Shown here: one piece after another, positions 36,181 through 49,560 of the stretch
Position numbering within the stretch: the first letter of the stretch is position 1
Layout: each line of letters starts with the position of its first letter
Origin: Octopus vulgaris
Taxonomy: Eukaryota
NCBI GenBank assembly: GCA_951406725.2
Contig: OX597819.1
Span: forward strand, 124,930,001-124,994,000
DNA length: 64,000 nt
Direction: 5' to 3'
Program-made: the position numbers and the translations under genes
The notes under the pieces: generated by a model
Databases searched by the model: none
What the model saw: the letters and a program-made list of their open reading frames with translations, nothing else
Told to the model about the DNA's origin: nothing

Positions 36181-36630
36181 CGTCGTCATCATCACTTAAC
36201 GTCCACTTTCCATGCTAGCATGGGTTGGAAGATTTGACTGAGGTCTGGCGCACCAGACTCCAATCTGATCTGGCAGAGTTTCTACAGCTGGATGCCCTTC
36301 CTAACGCCAACCACTCTGAGAGTGTAGTGGGTGCTTTTACATGCCACCGGCACGAGGGCCAGTTTGGTTGTACTGGCAACGGCCACGCCCAAATGGTGCT
36401 TTTTATGTGCACCTGCACAGGAACCAGTCCAGCGGCACTGGCGACGACCTTGCTCGAATGTTTCACGTGCCACCAGCACAAGTGTTAGTAAGGTGATGTG
36501 GTAACGATCATGCTCGAATGGTGTGCTTAAACGTGCCATCAGCACGAAGGCCAGCTTGTTGCTCTGGCAACGATCTCACTCATATGGTACTCTTAGCACT
36601 CCACTAGCAACGGATGTCAGTCACCGATGC
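36181..36630 (-). mobile_element. RTE 3' fragment (family C)
   Basis: Family C consensus. Confidence 0.8.
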
Positions 36631-37377
36631 TTTCATGTCTATTTCTTTAATTACAAATAAAAACAGTTAAAGCTTCTTTTAGTTTTAATGTTTGTAAAAA
36701 TGATTTTTGTGTCTGAGCCGTAAATAGTTTGGAAATAATACTCTGTTTTATGAGTGTGTTTTAATAAAACAAACATTGGGTGATTTCTCATTCAGTGAAA
36801 ATGAGAAAAAAAAACAACTTATGTTGTAAATGTTTAAGAGATTACATTTATATTAGTTTAATTAGGATATTTTGCTACAAGAATTTCAATATTTTTCTAG
36901 ACGCCTATCATTTTCTGAAATTGATTTTTATGCTAAACCTCAGTCCAGCATATAGCGATGTTTGCAAACTGATTAATTACGTAAATAAAATACAAGAAAT
37001 CAAGATTCTGATGCTGTATTTTGCAAAATATTTTCAATGTGTTGTTTTGTTTCTAGGCTGAAACTATAAATTTTACATGCATTTAATTTTATGGCTGATA
37101 TCTGTATATGTGTATGTGAAAAATTTCTTTTTTGGTTTTTTAAACAACCATTGTTTGCAATGATTTCAACAATATTGATAAATTCATAAACTGGTTATTA
37201 CCCTGGCATCATCATCATCATCAATAATGTTTATATTGGAATGGATTTAATGGGTCTGTCATGCGTTGTACTTCCAGACACAGAAAGGTAATTCAGAATG
37301 GAAATATTGTTTTCGAGTTTTACGTATAAATTTCCTCAATAGAAAATATAAATAAAACAATCAAGAAAATAGTAAAT

Positions 37378-37686
37378 CATCATCATCATCATCATCATCA
37401 TTTAGCGTCCGCTTTCCATGCTAGCATGGGTTGGACGATTTTGACTGAGGTCTGGCGAACCAGATGGTTGCACCAGGCTCCAGTCTGATCTGGCAGTGTT
37501 TCTACAGCTGGATGTCCTTCCTAACGCCAACCACTCCATGAGTGTAGTGGATGCTTTTTATGTGCCAGACGAGGCTGGCAAACGGCCACGGACAGATGGT
37601 GCTTTTTACGTGCCACCGGCACGGGGGCCAGGCGAGGCTGGCAACGGCCACGATCGGATGGTGCTTTTTACGTGCCACCGGCACGT
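37378..37686 (-). mobile_element. RTE 3' fragment (family C)
   Basis: Family C consensus. Confidence 0.85.
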
Positions 37687-37756
37687 AAAATGAAAGTAAA
37701 TTCTTTATTTTTCATTTAAATTTGACTTTTATTTATTTTCTAATAGCATTTGGGTT

Positions 37757-38074
37757 ATCTGGCCTCCATGTCGGTGGCACGTAAAAGGGCACCATTCGAG
37801 CATGATCATTACCAGCATTGCTTTACTGGCACCTGTGTAAAAGATTCGAGCGAGGTCGTTGCCAGTACCGCCTGACTGGCCCCCGTGCCAGTAGCACGTA
37901 AAAGCACCCACTACACTCTCGGAGTGGTTGGCGTTAGGAAGGGCATCCAGCTGTAGAAACTCTGCCAGATCAAGATTGAAGTCTGGTGCAGTCATCTGGT
38001 TCGCCAGCCCTCAGTCATTCGTCCAACCCATGCTAGTGTGGAAAGCGGACATTAAACATTGATGATGATGATGA
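37757..38074 (+). mobile_element. RTE 3' fragment (family C)
   Basis: Family C consensus, (GAT)n tail. Confidence 0.85.
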
Positions 38075-38398
38075 TCTGATAGTAGATGCAAAACATGTTG
38101 ATCATGAAAAATTAAATATTTGCAAATTTGGTTTCGACCAATTTTACATTTGCTTTGTTTTGAAATAGTGCTGTAATATGTTTGTGTGTATCATCATTGT
38201 TTTCAAATCCACTTTTCCATGCTTGTTGGGCAGAATTTATTGATGTGGATTTTCTATTTCAGATGCCCTTGTTATCACCAACTCACACCTGTTCTTAAAT
38301 AATGTAATATTCCCCCCATGAACTGACATGTTTTCATGGAAGATTGGAAATGAATGACACTGCATGCATGATGGTAGCATCTGTTAATAAGTATCATG

Positions 38399-38580
38399 CA
38401 CACACACACACACACACACGACAGATTTCTTTCAGTTTCTGTCTACTAAATCCACTCACAGGGTTTTGGTTAGCCCAGGAGTATAGTAAAAGATACTTGC
38501 TCAGTGTCATGTAGTGGAACTGAACCTGGAACCATTTGGTTAGGAAGCAAAATTCTTACCACACAGCCATGCCTGTACCT
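38399..38580 (-). mobile_element. SINE A 5' half
   Basis: Degraded head plus (CA)n. Confidence 0.7.
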
Positions 38581-38635
38581 GCATGTGTGTGTGCACATGT
38601 GCGTGTGTATGTGTATGTATGTATATTTATATGTA

Positions 38636-39179
38636 CGGAGTGGTTGGCGTTAGGAAGGGCATCCAGCTGTAGAAACACTGCCAGATCAGACTGGGCCTGG
38701 TGCAGCCTTCTGGCTTCCCAGACCCCAGTTGAACCGTCCAACCCATGCTAGCATGGAAATCGGACGTTAAACGATATTGATGATGATATGTGCCCTGTGC
38801 TAGTAGGGTGCTAAGAGCACCATCTGAGCATGATCGTTGCCAAAGTGGCTAACTGGCTTCCGTACTGGTGGCATGTAAGAGGCACCATTCGAGCGTGATC
38901 GTTACCAGCATCGCCTTACTGGCACCTGTGCCAGTGGCATCTGTAAAAAGATTTGAGTGAGGTCGTTGCCAGTACCGCCTGACTGGCCCCCGTGCCGGTG
39001 GCACGTAAAAGCACCCACTACACCCTCGGAGTGGTTGGTGTTAGGAAGGGCATCCAGCTGTAGAAACTCTGCCAGCAAAGACTGAAGCCTGGTGCAGCCA
39101 TCTGGTTCGTCAGCCCTCAGTCATTCGTCCAACCCATGCTAGCATGGAAAACGGACGTTAAACGATGATGATGATGATG
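38636..39179 (+). mobile_element. Two tandem RTE 3' fragments (38636-38787, 38795-39179)
   Basis: Each ends in a (GAT)n tail. Confidence 0.85.
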
Positions 39180-39765
39180 TAAGTATGTATGTATATATAG
39201 GGATAAGCAGAAATATTAATGTTTGAACAATGTGTCTTGTGGAATTTCTTTCAGTTCTTTATGCTTCCCAATTTGCCTTGTACAACATTGGTTGAATCGT
39301 CAATCCCTACACATTTTTTCTCCTCATTTTTCCATTCTATCATGTAGAATTGCTGTCTATATACATGCATCATAAAATCTTCCTTTTGTGGCTAACAGAG
39401 CTAATAGCTCTGAATTTCCTTCATCCTATTCTTATTCTAGCTATCACACTTTCTGTGTATCCTTCCCTGCTACTAATTTGGTCCCCTGGGTAATAGAAAT
39501 GATCTACTACCTCTAATGAGCCACCATGGTATTTGAGAGAATCAATTTTCTACGTCTCTGAAGTTTTTATGGATCCTGTACATCTTCCACATATGAAAAC
39601 TATCTTCTCTGGTAACCTCCCAATTAACTCACTGCACCTCTTGGGTATTCATAGCTTACACCGGGTACACCATACAACTTTACTTCAAATCGAACAAGGC
39701 CACCTACCTGGAGGGGATAGGATCCTGTCAATACAGACACACACACATGCACACACACACACACA

Positions 39766-39796
<31 letters not shown>

Positions 39797-40000
39797 GCAC
39801 ACACACACATGCAAGCATATATATATATATATACATAGTAAAGTCCACAGTGATCCGTAGGTAGGAGAGGTGCAGCCAGAGGGTAAATGTCCAAACGAGA
39901 ATCCATAAAGGGTAGATAGAGAGTCCAGTGGAGAAGTTCGTGTGTGGTAAGAAATGACAGGATCAACTGGTGCGACCACGTGAGCGTGTGATTGATATAT

Positions 40001-40261
40001 AGGAGAGTTTACGAAAAAAACAAAAGACGGAGACAGGTGGTGTACAAAACAAACAGATGTATTAGTATAATGCTCAGGAATAGAAAAAGTCTTTTACATT
40101 TCGAGCCCTGTTTCTCTCCTTGTTTTTTCTGTGTCCCTTTCTGTAGAAGAGTGTAGGCTCGAAACGTAAAAGACTGCTTCTATTCCTGAGCGTTATACTA
40201 ATACATCTGTTTGTTTTGTACACCACCTGTCTTCATCTTTTGTTTTTTTTGTAAACTCTCC
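40001..40261 (+). mobile_element. PLE-type inverted-duplication remnant containing a minimal hammerhead (40137-40172)
   Basis: 40001-40107 is the near reverse complement of 40156-40261; CTTT-CTGTAGA-A-GAGT-GTAG-GCTC-GAAA-C-GTA-AAAG. Confidence 0.7.
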
Positions 40262-40284
40262 CTATATATATACATACACATGAT

Positions 40285-40578
40285 GGACTTTCCCATCGAA
40301 GATGATGTATGAATGTTCAACTTTTGCCGATTGACCTGCACAAATGATTTGTTTATAGTGACCAAATGTTCGTGCCACACGTTAGCTCACTCTTACCATC
40401 AAAACGATGTTGTATGACTGGTGGCACTGTGTGCCACGCATCAGGTGCTGATGTGATCACAGAGCAACATGAGATGAAATGTTTTGCTCAACGACATAAT
40501 GCGCCACCCAGTCTAGGAATTGAAACCATGATCACACAATAGTTTGCGCAACACCCTAACCATTAGGCCACGTGTCCT
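40285..40578 (-). mobile_element. Third, older tRNA-derived SINE
   Basis: Minus strand GTGGCCTAATGGTTAGGGTG...GGTTTCAATTCC (A/B boxes) followed by GTCGTTGAGCAAAACA. Confidence 0.6.
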
Positions 40579-40627
40579 CATATATACATGCAATACATAT
40601 ACATACATACACACACATATATGACAA

Positions 40628-40880
40628 TACTGCCTGATTGGCACCCATGCCAGTGGCACATTAAAAGCACCATTTGAGCATGATCATTGTCAGTGCCGCT
40701 TGACTGGCTCCTGTGCCAGTGGCACACAAAAAGCACCATTGGAGCATAGTTGTCACCAGTGCCACCTGACTGGCTCCCATGCCAGTAGCTCATAAAAAGC
40801 ACCATTCAAGCATGGTTGATGCCAGAACCACTTGACTGACCCTCATGCCAGTGGCACGTAAAAAGCACCCACTACACTCT
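40628..40880 (+). mobile_element. RTE 3'UTR tandem-unit fragment
   Basis: Degenerate GCCAGTGGCAC..AAAAGCACC units. Confidence 0.75.
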
Positions 40881-40906
40881 TGGCAAATTGGTAGAAATAA
40901 TAGGGT

Positions 40907-41822
40907 TGTAGGGAAAACGACTGTATGTAAGGAGTTGGTGACAGTAATGTCTCCTTTTAACGCTGCACGGTCACCCTAACAAAAGAAGAAACCAAATACA
41001 TGATATAAATGAATATGTGCCAAAAGGAATAATGAGGACGACACAACCGTTCTACTATTTGAGAGAAGAAAGACTTTATTTGCAGATGTTTACAATAAGA
41101 TAAAGTATGGGTGCTAACAAAGTGGAGTGTCTGTGTGCATACGACAAGTGTTTGTGTCTGTGTGTTTGTGTGTGAGACAGAAGTACAAACAAAGGTGTAT
41201 GCGGGTAAGATAAAATACAGAGAATAGAAAAGAGTCTCTCAGGATATTTTAGACAAGATGGAGTTAATTTACCAGTTCGTAGTAAATTCACACAATAGTG
41301 ATAGTTCTGTAACAGGATGTTGGGGTCACAAATGCAGAATGTCGGTTGAACACACGTTGTGTAGTGGTTGTGGCTTCAATGCTGTGCCAGGTCTCTTGAT
41401 ACAGGAATTCTTGCAGGTAGTGCTGTGCTGTTAACCGTGGTGAAAATCACAACAGCGAGAAAGCTAAACCTGAGCGAGTTGCTGTGTACGTATTGGTGTT
41501 GCTGGAGATGGAGAGCGTTCTGTGTTGCTGGTGTATGTTAGCGTCGTCGTGGGAACTGGTTGTCTGGTTGTGGTGTGGTCAATGGTTGAGTTGCTCCTGA
41601 GAAGGACTGGAACCTAAGACTGGTGTTGCTGGAACATGGTTGAGTTGCTCTATTGGTTGGCTTACACACTGGTGCGAAATAAGTCAAGAAACAAACTGTG
41701 CCAATGTTAACCAATCAGAGCAGTGGACACAACAGGGTCAAAATAGCCGAAGATGGTTGTTATCTAACGTGAGATCATTTCTAATATATCTCTCAAACAG
41801 TGAGGATATCAGCTACACTACA
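40907..41822 (-). mobile_element. Solo LTR (Gypsy-like)
   Basis: TGTAG...CTACA inverted termini; 4-bp TSD GGGT (40903-40906 / 41823-41826); minus-strand AATAAA near 41076; CCAAT-like boxes. Confidence 0.7.
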
Positions 41823-42021
41823 GGGTATTGACAAAATATCATGCAGTATTTAGTTACATCACATCACATTCTAAAGCTACATGTTGAGGTCAACTTTGCC
41901 CTTTGTCCTTCTGGGAGAGGCATTGAAAAAGATGAAGCAACAAAGAACTGAGGTTTTGATAACTGACTTGTCCCAATGTATTAGAAACTGAATATGCTTG
42001 CTCCTTGTATTGGACCACTTT

Positions 42022-42199
42022 CATCCTCATCATCATCATCGTTTAACGTCCGCTTTCCATGCTAGCATGGGTTGGACGATTTTGACTGAGGGCTGGCAAA
42101 CCAGATGGCTGCACCAGACCCCAATCTTGATCTGGCAGAGTTTCTACAGCTGGATGCCCTTCCTAACGCCAACCACTCCGAGAGTGTAGTGGGTGCTTT
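42022..42199 (-). mobile_element. RTE 3' fragment (family C)
   Basis: Family C consensus. Confidence 0.85.
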
Positions 42200-42372
42200 A
42201 GTTTAATATTGAATATTTAGTTTAATGAGTGTTGTGCAGCTCCAGTTTAGATTTGTGAATCACTGACCCATTGATTTATAGTATAACATCCTAACCACTT
42301 TTCTAGTAACACACTTATAACACTGTCACATAAAGGGAAATAACTCCAAAAAGGCTAGTTATCTCTCTTGAT

Positions 42373-42416
<44 letters not shown>

Positions 42417-42428
42417 GTTAAGAAAATC

Positions 42429-42482
<54 letters not shown>

Positions 42483-43165
42483 TAAGAAAATTATATATAT
42501 ATATATAATTGTGTTATATATATATATGTGTGTTAAGAAGATCATGTTTCATGTAACTGGCTAAAATTTCAGTTTGTACTACTAAAGCAAATATTAAATA
42601 TGAAATAAAATTTACCGAGGTTGTTCAATGCAAATTTCTATTACATGTAAGTATCTGTATTTAGAAATAAATGTAGTTTCCTATATTTTAAAATTATCTT
42701 ATGTAACTGTATTGAAAACAGTAACAAACCTGATCAGAGTCATTATTGATGGCATGGTTACATAAGCTGGAATAATAATGTGGAAAGCAGTTTTAGTGTA
42801 GCCTTCATAATTATATCCTTTGTGATTTAACTGTCTCGCTATCCAAAACGTTTGTTGAATAAAGTATTGAGGACAGAATAGTTTTGGTTCTCAGATATAT
42901 CCTATTTTATATTTAAGGATGTAACCTTTAACTTCACTATTTACTGTCACAATATCCTGATAATTTCATCTTCTGGGCTATCATGAAAAGTAATACTACA
43001 TTGCTCTTATTGTTGTAGTTATCATTATCATCACTGGTTTTTAACAAACACAGTTTTATTTGCCAGTCCACTTTTCTATACAGAGAAGAACTACATGAAT
43101 GCATAATAGTGAAGAAGCATCTACTCAGTTCTTCAACCTGCTGGAAATAGCAACCAAATCTACGA

Positions 43166-43357
43166 GCTGGTGGCACGTAAAAAGCACCCACTACACTCTC
43201 GGAGTGGTTGGCGTTAGGAAGGACATCCAGCTGTAGAAACTCTGCCAGATCAAGATTGGAGCCTGGTGCAGCCATCTGGTTCGCCAGCCCTCAATCAAAA
43301 TCGTCCAGCCTATGCTAGCATGGAAAGCGGACATTAAACGATGATGATGATGATGAT
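43166..43357 (+). mobile_element. RTE 3' fragment (family C)
   Basis: Family C consensus. Confidence 0.85.
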
Positions 43358-43811
43358 ATCAGGATGTTAAACCTCAGAAAGAAAGTGACCTGGGACTGAA
43401 ACAACTGATAAAATTTTTTTCTGGAAATGACTTCATTCAACCCAAACAAGCTGGAAAACAGAAATAAAATTGGTGGTGATGGCCATCTCTTTCCATTGCA
43501 GTTCCTCAACATTAATATTATCCAATTGTCTTTGGCAATCTTGATGTTATTTCTACATCAATTTTTGTCTTTGTCTCTTTGCGTTTCTTCTAATTTATTA
43601 AACCATTAAAATGGTGTTGTTGTTGTTTATCCTAAGTTAACCTTGCTTCATTGGACTTCTGAAGGGAGATGTTCTATTTGTAACCATTCTGTCTACATTG
43701 CTCAATATGCTCTGAGATGGTATATGATTTAAGGGCAATGTGGCTTTTGTTTATGTCTGGTCATACTCATAACATTTCATTTTTTTCTTTAGTTTTTCAA
43801 AATAAAATTAT

Positions 43812-43973
43812 AGGTGTAGGAGTGGCTGTGTGGTAAGTAGCTTGCTTACGAACCACATGGTTCCGGGTTCAGTCCCACTGCGTGGCACCTTGGGCAAGTG
43901 TCTTCTACTATAGCCTCGGGCCAACCAAAGCCTTGTGAGTGGATTTGGTAGACGGAAACTGAAAAAGCCTGTC

Positions 43974-44004
<31 letters not shown>

Positions 44005-44467
44005 TGTATGTATGTATGTATGTATGTATGTATGTATGTATGTATGTATGTATGTATATATATATATATGTATGGAGTGTTTACGAAAGATGAAGACAAG
44101 TGGTGTACAAAACAAACAGATGTATAAGTATAGCGCTTAGGAATAGAAAAAAGTCTTTTACGTTTTGAGCCTACGCTCTTCTACAGAAAGGGACACAGAA
44201 AAAACAAGGAGAGAAAAAATGTGTGTAGTGGCTAACGATCTATCATGGCGACTATATATGTATGCATGTGTATATGTTTGTCCCCCCAACATTGCTTGAC
44301 AACTGATGCTGGTGTGTTTACGTCCCCGTAACTTAGCGGTTCGGCAAAAGAGCCCGATAGAATAAGTACTAGGCTTACAAAGAATAAGTCTTGGGGTTGA
44401 TTTGCTCGACTAAAGGCGGTGCTCCAGCATGGCCACAGTCAAATGACTGAAGCAAGTAAAAGAGTAA
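43812..44467 (+). mobile_element. SINE A with a nested minimal-HHR element (44073-44252, minus) in its (TATG)n/(TA)n tract
   Basis: Insert is homologous to 40108-40261. Confidence 0.85.
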
Positions 44468-44890
44468 TAGCTGGATATATTATGTTTAACAGATATTTAT
44501 TTTTAGCAGAGCATTAAATGGATTTTTCCAGATGGCATAGAGTTGTACCTTGTTATTAATGCAGTGAATTTGCTCCTGAAAAACCATAAAACAAAACATT
44601 TGCTGCAGATAATGATTGTTAATATTCTGCCTGTCTTTCAGAGAAAGAAAAATGAATGAAGAAAAAGCAAAACAAATAAGATATATTTTAAGAGGCTATT
44701 TTTATAAAACAATATTTCTGAAACTTGGTGGGTTGACTCAAAAGTAATTAAGCAGTCTTTTGAAAACTGAATGGTGATTAGTAAAGATATTTGCTTGCAA
44801 TAAATAAATAGCATGCAAAGCTTGGGATAGTTTCTGAAGATTTAACGAAGTACATTCCGTTTATGTTTTAGTGTTGCAAAATATATATAT

Positions 44891-45118
44891 CCATCATCAT
44901 CATCATCGTTTAATGTCCGCTTTCCATGCTAGCATGGGTTGGACGATTTTGACTGAGGGCTGGTAAACCAGATGGCCGCACCAGGGCCCGATCTTGATCT
45001 GGCAGAGTTTCTACAGCTGGATGCCCTTCCTAACGCCAACCACTCCGAGAGTGTAGTGGGTGCTTTTTACGTGCCACCTGCACGGGGCCAGTCAGGCGGT
45101 ACTGGCAACGACCTCGCT
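44891..45118 (-). mobile_element. RTE 3' fragment (family C)
   Basis: Family C consensus. Confidence 0.85.
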
Positions 45119-45276
45119 ATATATGGATCAAAATGGTTTGATTAAAATTCCTTGGTACTCCAAGTTTCAAAGCGTGATGCTAACTCCCAATAAATGTGTT
45201 GAGTGCCCTTCTTTCATTTGTCCACCAACTCATGTATTATACAATAATATCAGTGCCAAGCAGTGTTTAGGCATAG

Positions 45277-45700
45277 ATGAACTTTAGGTTAGTTAAAATA
45301 TGTTTGTGACAGATTTCAACTTCTAAAGGTAAATTCACTGCAGTGACCACGAAGAAAAAAATTCTCTCTTATGGTAAAAAAAAAAATGGTGTGAAAGTCT
45401 GCCTGCTGCTGCTGCCTGTTGGATTCCAGACGTTGATGTTTCTAGCTTCTTAGCCATTATCAATGAGAAATATCAAAGAGAGGCAACTATGGACAAACCT
45501 AATCAAGGTGTGGCTTTAACTAATGGCTAATAAGCTAGAAATATCAAAGTATGGGAATCTGACAGGTGACGGCACTGGACAGATATGTTATTTTTACTCT
45601 GTTTTTCATTTATGGTAAAAAAAATTTTTACTCCATGGTAACTGCAGTAAATTTGCCTTTATCAGTTGAAATATGCATAAACATATTTTAACTTACCTAA

Positions 45701-45707
<7 letters not shown>
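45277..45707. mobile_element. MITE with ~80-bp imperfect TIRs
   Basis: ATGAACTTTAGGTTAGTTAAAATATGTTT..CTGCAGTGACCA / TGGTAACTGCAG..AAACATATTTTAACTTACCTAAATTTCAT; lone end also at ~49245-49299. Confidence 0.75.
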
Positions 45708-45731
<24 letters not shown>

Positions 45732-45732
<1 letters not shown>

Positions 45733-46188
45733 GGCACAGGAGTGGCTGTGTGGTAAGTAGCTTGTTTACCAACCACATGGTTCCGGGTTCAGTCCCACTG
45801 CATGGTACCTTGGGCAAGTGTCTTCTACTATAGCCTCGGGCTGACCAAAGCCTTGTGAGTGGATTTGGTAGACAGAAACTGAAAGAAGCCCATCGTATAT
45901 ATGTATATATATATATATGTATGTGTATATATGTATATATATATATATATGCGTGCGTGTGTTTGTGTCTGTGTTTGACCCCCTAGCATTGCTTGACAAC
46001 CGATGCTGGTGTGTTTATGTCCCCGTTACTTAGTAGTTCGGCAAAAGAGACCGATAGAATAAGTACTGGGCTTACAAAAGAATAAGTCCCGGAGTCGAGT
46101 TGCTCGATTAAAGGCGGTGCTCTAGCATGGCCGCAGTCAAATGACTGAAACAAGTAAAAGAGTGAAAGAGTAAAAGAGAGAGAGAGAG
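45732..46188 (+). mobile_element. SINE family A, full length
   Basis: Family A consensus. Confidence 0.9.
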
Positions 46189-46212
46189 TATATATATATA
46201 TATATATATATT

Positions 46213-46457
46213 ATCATCATCATCATCATCATAATCTTTTAACGTCCACTTTCCAAGCTAGCATGTGTTGGACAGTTCGACCGGGGTCTGGGAAGCCAAG
46301 GCTCCAGTCTTGATCTGGCAGTGTTTCTACAGCTAGATGCCCTTCCTAATGTCAACCGCTCCGTGAGTGTAGTTGGTGCTTTTTACGTGCCACCGGCACA
46401 GGCGCCAGGCAAGGCTGGCAACGGCCATGATTGGTTGGTGCTTTTTACGTGCCACCT
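46213..46457 (-). mobile_element. RTE 3' fragment (family C)
   Basis: Family C consensus. Confidence 0.8.
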
Positions 46458-46620
46458 CCACCTTCAGATTTATCCTGTGCTATCCAGTAGTAGTATTATG
46501 CATATTTCCAGGTTTGCATTTGGGCATTTGTCATGTGTGAATAGATAAATGAAAAAATATATGTCTAACCGTACTCTTTGTTGACTCCAATTTTTTCAAT
46601 TATATATATATATATATATA

Positions 46621-47466
46621 CTAGCAGAATTGCCCGGCGTTGCTCGGGGCTGAATTGCTTGAAAGTACTGTTAATGATTGCACTGAATTATGATGATTAT
46701 TCAGGCAAATATTGATAAAAGTTTACGGTGGGAGATAAGGACTTAACGATCAAACGTGTGCCATTGCATTGTTTTGGGGGAACCAAATTTCTGATGAGCA
46801 TTATAGGGGCACCAACTTTAAGTTTGAGAAAGTGTGGTGGTAGTCCGGGGTGCTCAAAGGAATTGAGTACCTCTATTGGATAGTTGATGACGTCCTCTGG
46901 GTCAGGAGTTGTATCGATAGACTGATATACATAGACTTCCCCAGGAATGAGTTTTAGCATTTCATCATTAATATGGTGAACAGTTTTATTCCTCAGGGCC
47001 AGTATAGCCTTTTTGCCAATCCAATCCATATTCTGATAATTAGCTTGTAGATCTGGGAACACTGCATCTCTGAGATCAGAAGGCGTGTTAACAATGTTAC
47101 AAATGGAATCGATGGCAATATTACCATTTTCATCCCCTGGTATTTTGCCTTCGCCAAGTGCAAGGAGGGTGTGAGGAAATGCTGCTGATGTGATATTACG
47201 TCGCATATGAGCACGCATATTGGTGTGAAGTTTGAGAGTTACTTCCCTTTATTAAAAAAAATATGCATTAAAATGGAAAAAATGATGGTAATTTTTTTTA
47301 AAAATCGTAAACTCATCGTAGACGCGCGCTAATACCCAGAAGGGCTCGATATGAATCACGACTATAAGATACCTGGTTTTGGTTAAACTGCATCGCAAAA
47401 TGTGGGAGTAGTTAGGAATCTAAATCGGAGTAGACAGACACACAACCTTTCTTTTATTTATAAATA
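46621..47466 (-). mobile_element. Internally deleted Helitron retaining a PIF1-like helicase fragment
   Basis: ORF 46697-47218 (NMR..., AILALRN, YQSID, GLPPHFLKLKVGAPIMLIRNL...CNGTRL); minus-strand 3' hairpin CCCGAGC-AAC-GCCGGG then CTAG. Confidence 0.9.
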
Positions 47467-48258
47467 TTTTCGTCCTAAAAAACTTTGTATGGATTGAATG
47501 GTTACCTCTATGGAAATATATACATGCACATTATACATACATGTGTGTATAGATGAATATATAAATACATTTAAATATCTATATACACTTTTGGGCGATC
47601 TTTCTGTTTCTTAGAGATAACTTTATCCCGTCCGATTCGCTCCAAAATTTACAGGGACATGTAGAATGAGGTGACGATGCTCGTGGGCTACCTTAGAAAT
47701 CCCTATCTTCAAAGGTGTGGTTGCTAGGGGCCATCTTCCTCACTCACCCTATTTCCTCCAGTACCCTTTCACTCCTCTTCATTTGACAGGCCACTACGGT
47801 TATTTAATGTAAAGTCTTCCTCAAATCACTCTCTCGCTATTTACTCTCTTCCAAGAACATTTTCACTCACTCTTATCTCTTAGCTTCCCATACATTTTAC
47901 TCATGTATCTATCAGCGTCATAGACAGAAACAAATATTACATCGCCATCGCCATCTATTGTCTACCTGTCAACACACACACAGTGAATTACTTTCACTTT
48001 ATTCGTTGCACACTGTGTGTGTGCGTGTGCTGTAGACCACACTAAGAGAAGCATTTGACTCATACACCACAATGTGAGTTTTCTCTAAATTTTGCTTAAT
48101 TGGGGTTGAAATTTTAAAAAGTGGACCTGGCAAAACCTGATGCATTCTACTCTTAAAAATGCTAGGTAAATTGTAATTGAAGAAATCCTATATTGTAGAT
48201 TTCTATAAGAGACGAAGGGAGGCAGATAAAATCTGCCTTTTATAATAAGTGATATATA

Positions 48259-48319
<61 letters not shown>

Positions 48320-48320
<1 letters not shown>

Positions 48321-48845
48321 ATAAGTAGGTGTAAACACATGAACAAAATAAAAATAAACCAAAACAAATTACATGAACGTATATAAACAGGAGATACAAA
48401 TATTACAGGCACCCCCCCCCACTAACTAAACATAGACACACATAGAGGTATATGCATGCGCAAATGAAGACATACAATAGGAATACAAAATGGCTGACTG
48501 TTAGTAAGGAGAGACACACAAATAAGAAAGAAGGAAGCAAAGGACCACTGATGAGGTCACAGGAGTGTGATGAAAGAACTCTGGCCGAAATAAGATTAAG
48601 ATTAATGGGAAAAATAAATAACGCTGAGGCAAAGTAGCACCACATATATAGTGCGTATGTTTTTATTGGCTAAACTGGCAAAATGACCATTCCTAAATAC
48701 AACAATATATAATAATAATAATGATAATAATAATAAAAAGTAGTAACAAAAGAATGGGACCTCAATATTAGATAATAGAGGATTATTTATATATGTCATA
48801 ATTTAGAGCAAACAGTAAAAGATTGTCATAGTACTTGGAGTTTCA
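48320..48845 (+). mobile_element. Unidentified AT-flanked element with a hammerhead-like core at 48544-48608
   Basis: CTGATGA-GGTCA...TGGCC-GAAA; helices I/III imperfect. Confidence 0.4.
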
Positions 48846-49328
48846 AGTGTCTGAGTGAAGAGCTACAATGCATTCCTGTTGGCTATTAATGGCAACTGAC
48901 ACCATGGACAACCATTGAATAAAAGGCAAGTTACTGTAATGGGTAGAAAAGGGGAAAAAAGAAGAAATACGTGCAACCATATTCTCACAATGCGTAGTCA
49001 TAAACCACCTGCATTCATAATGTCTACATACGTATACACATAAACATGTATACATACATACACTTACACACACACACACACACAAACATGTGCATGTGTA
49101 TATATATGTGTGTGTGTGTGTGTACACAACCTCATCCTCATATACACATAGGTGTTTACATGCATACACGTAACATAATACATATATATTTAGACATTTG
49201 TACATATATACATATATATACACAGACATCCGTTCACACTTCTGTGCCTTTATCAGTTGAAATATGTCACAAACATATTTTAACTTACCTAAATTTCATG
49301 TACATATATATATATATATACACTCACA

Positions 49329-49515
49329 CATCATCATCATCATCATCGTTTAGCGTCCGTTTTCCATGCTAGCATGGGTTGGACGGTTCTACTGGGGTCT
49401 GTGAAGCCAGAAGGCTTCATCAGGCCCAGTCAAATCTGGCAGTGTTTCTACGGCTGGATGCCCTTCCTAACGCCAACCACTCCGTGAGTGTAGTGGGTGC
49501 TTTTTACGTGCCACC

Positions 49516-49516
<1 letters not shown>
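49329..49516 (-). mobile_element. RTE 3' fragment (family C)
   Basis: Family C consensus. Confidence 0.85.

Positions 49517-49560
<44 letters not shown>

Noticed and set aside
39840-39990. APE endonuclease remnant (SRLD...TDH)
   Set aside because: Too short and degenerate to support a call by eye.
46697-47218. Host PIF1 helicase gene
   Set aside because: Partial, intronless and bounded by Helitron termini.
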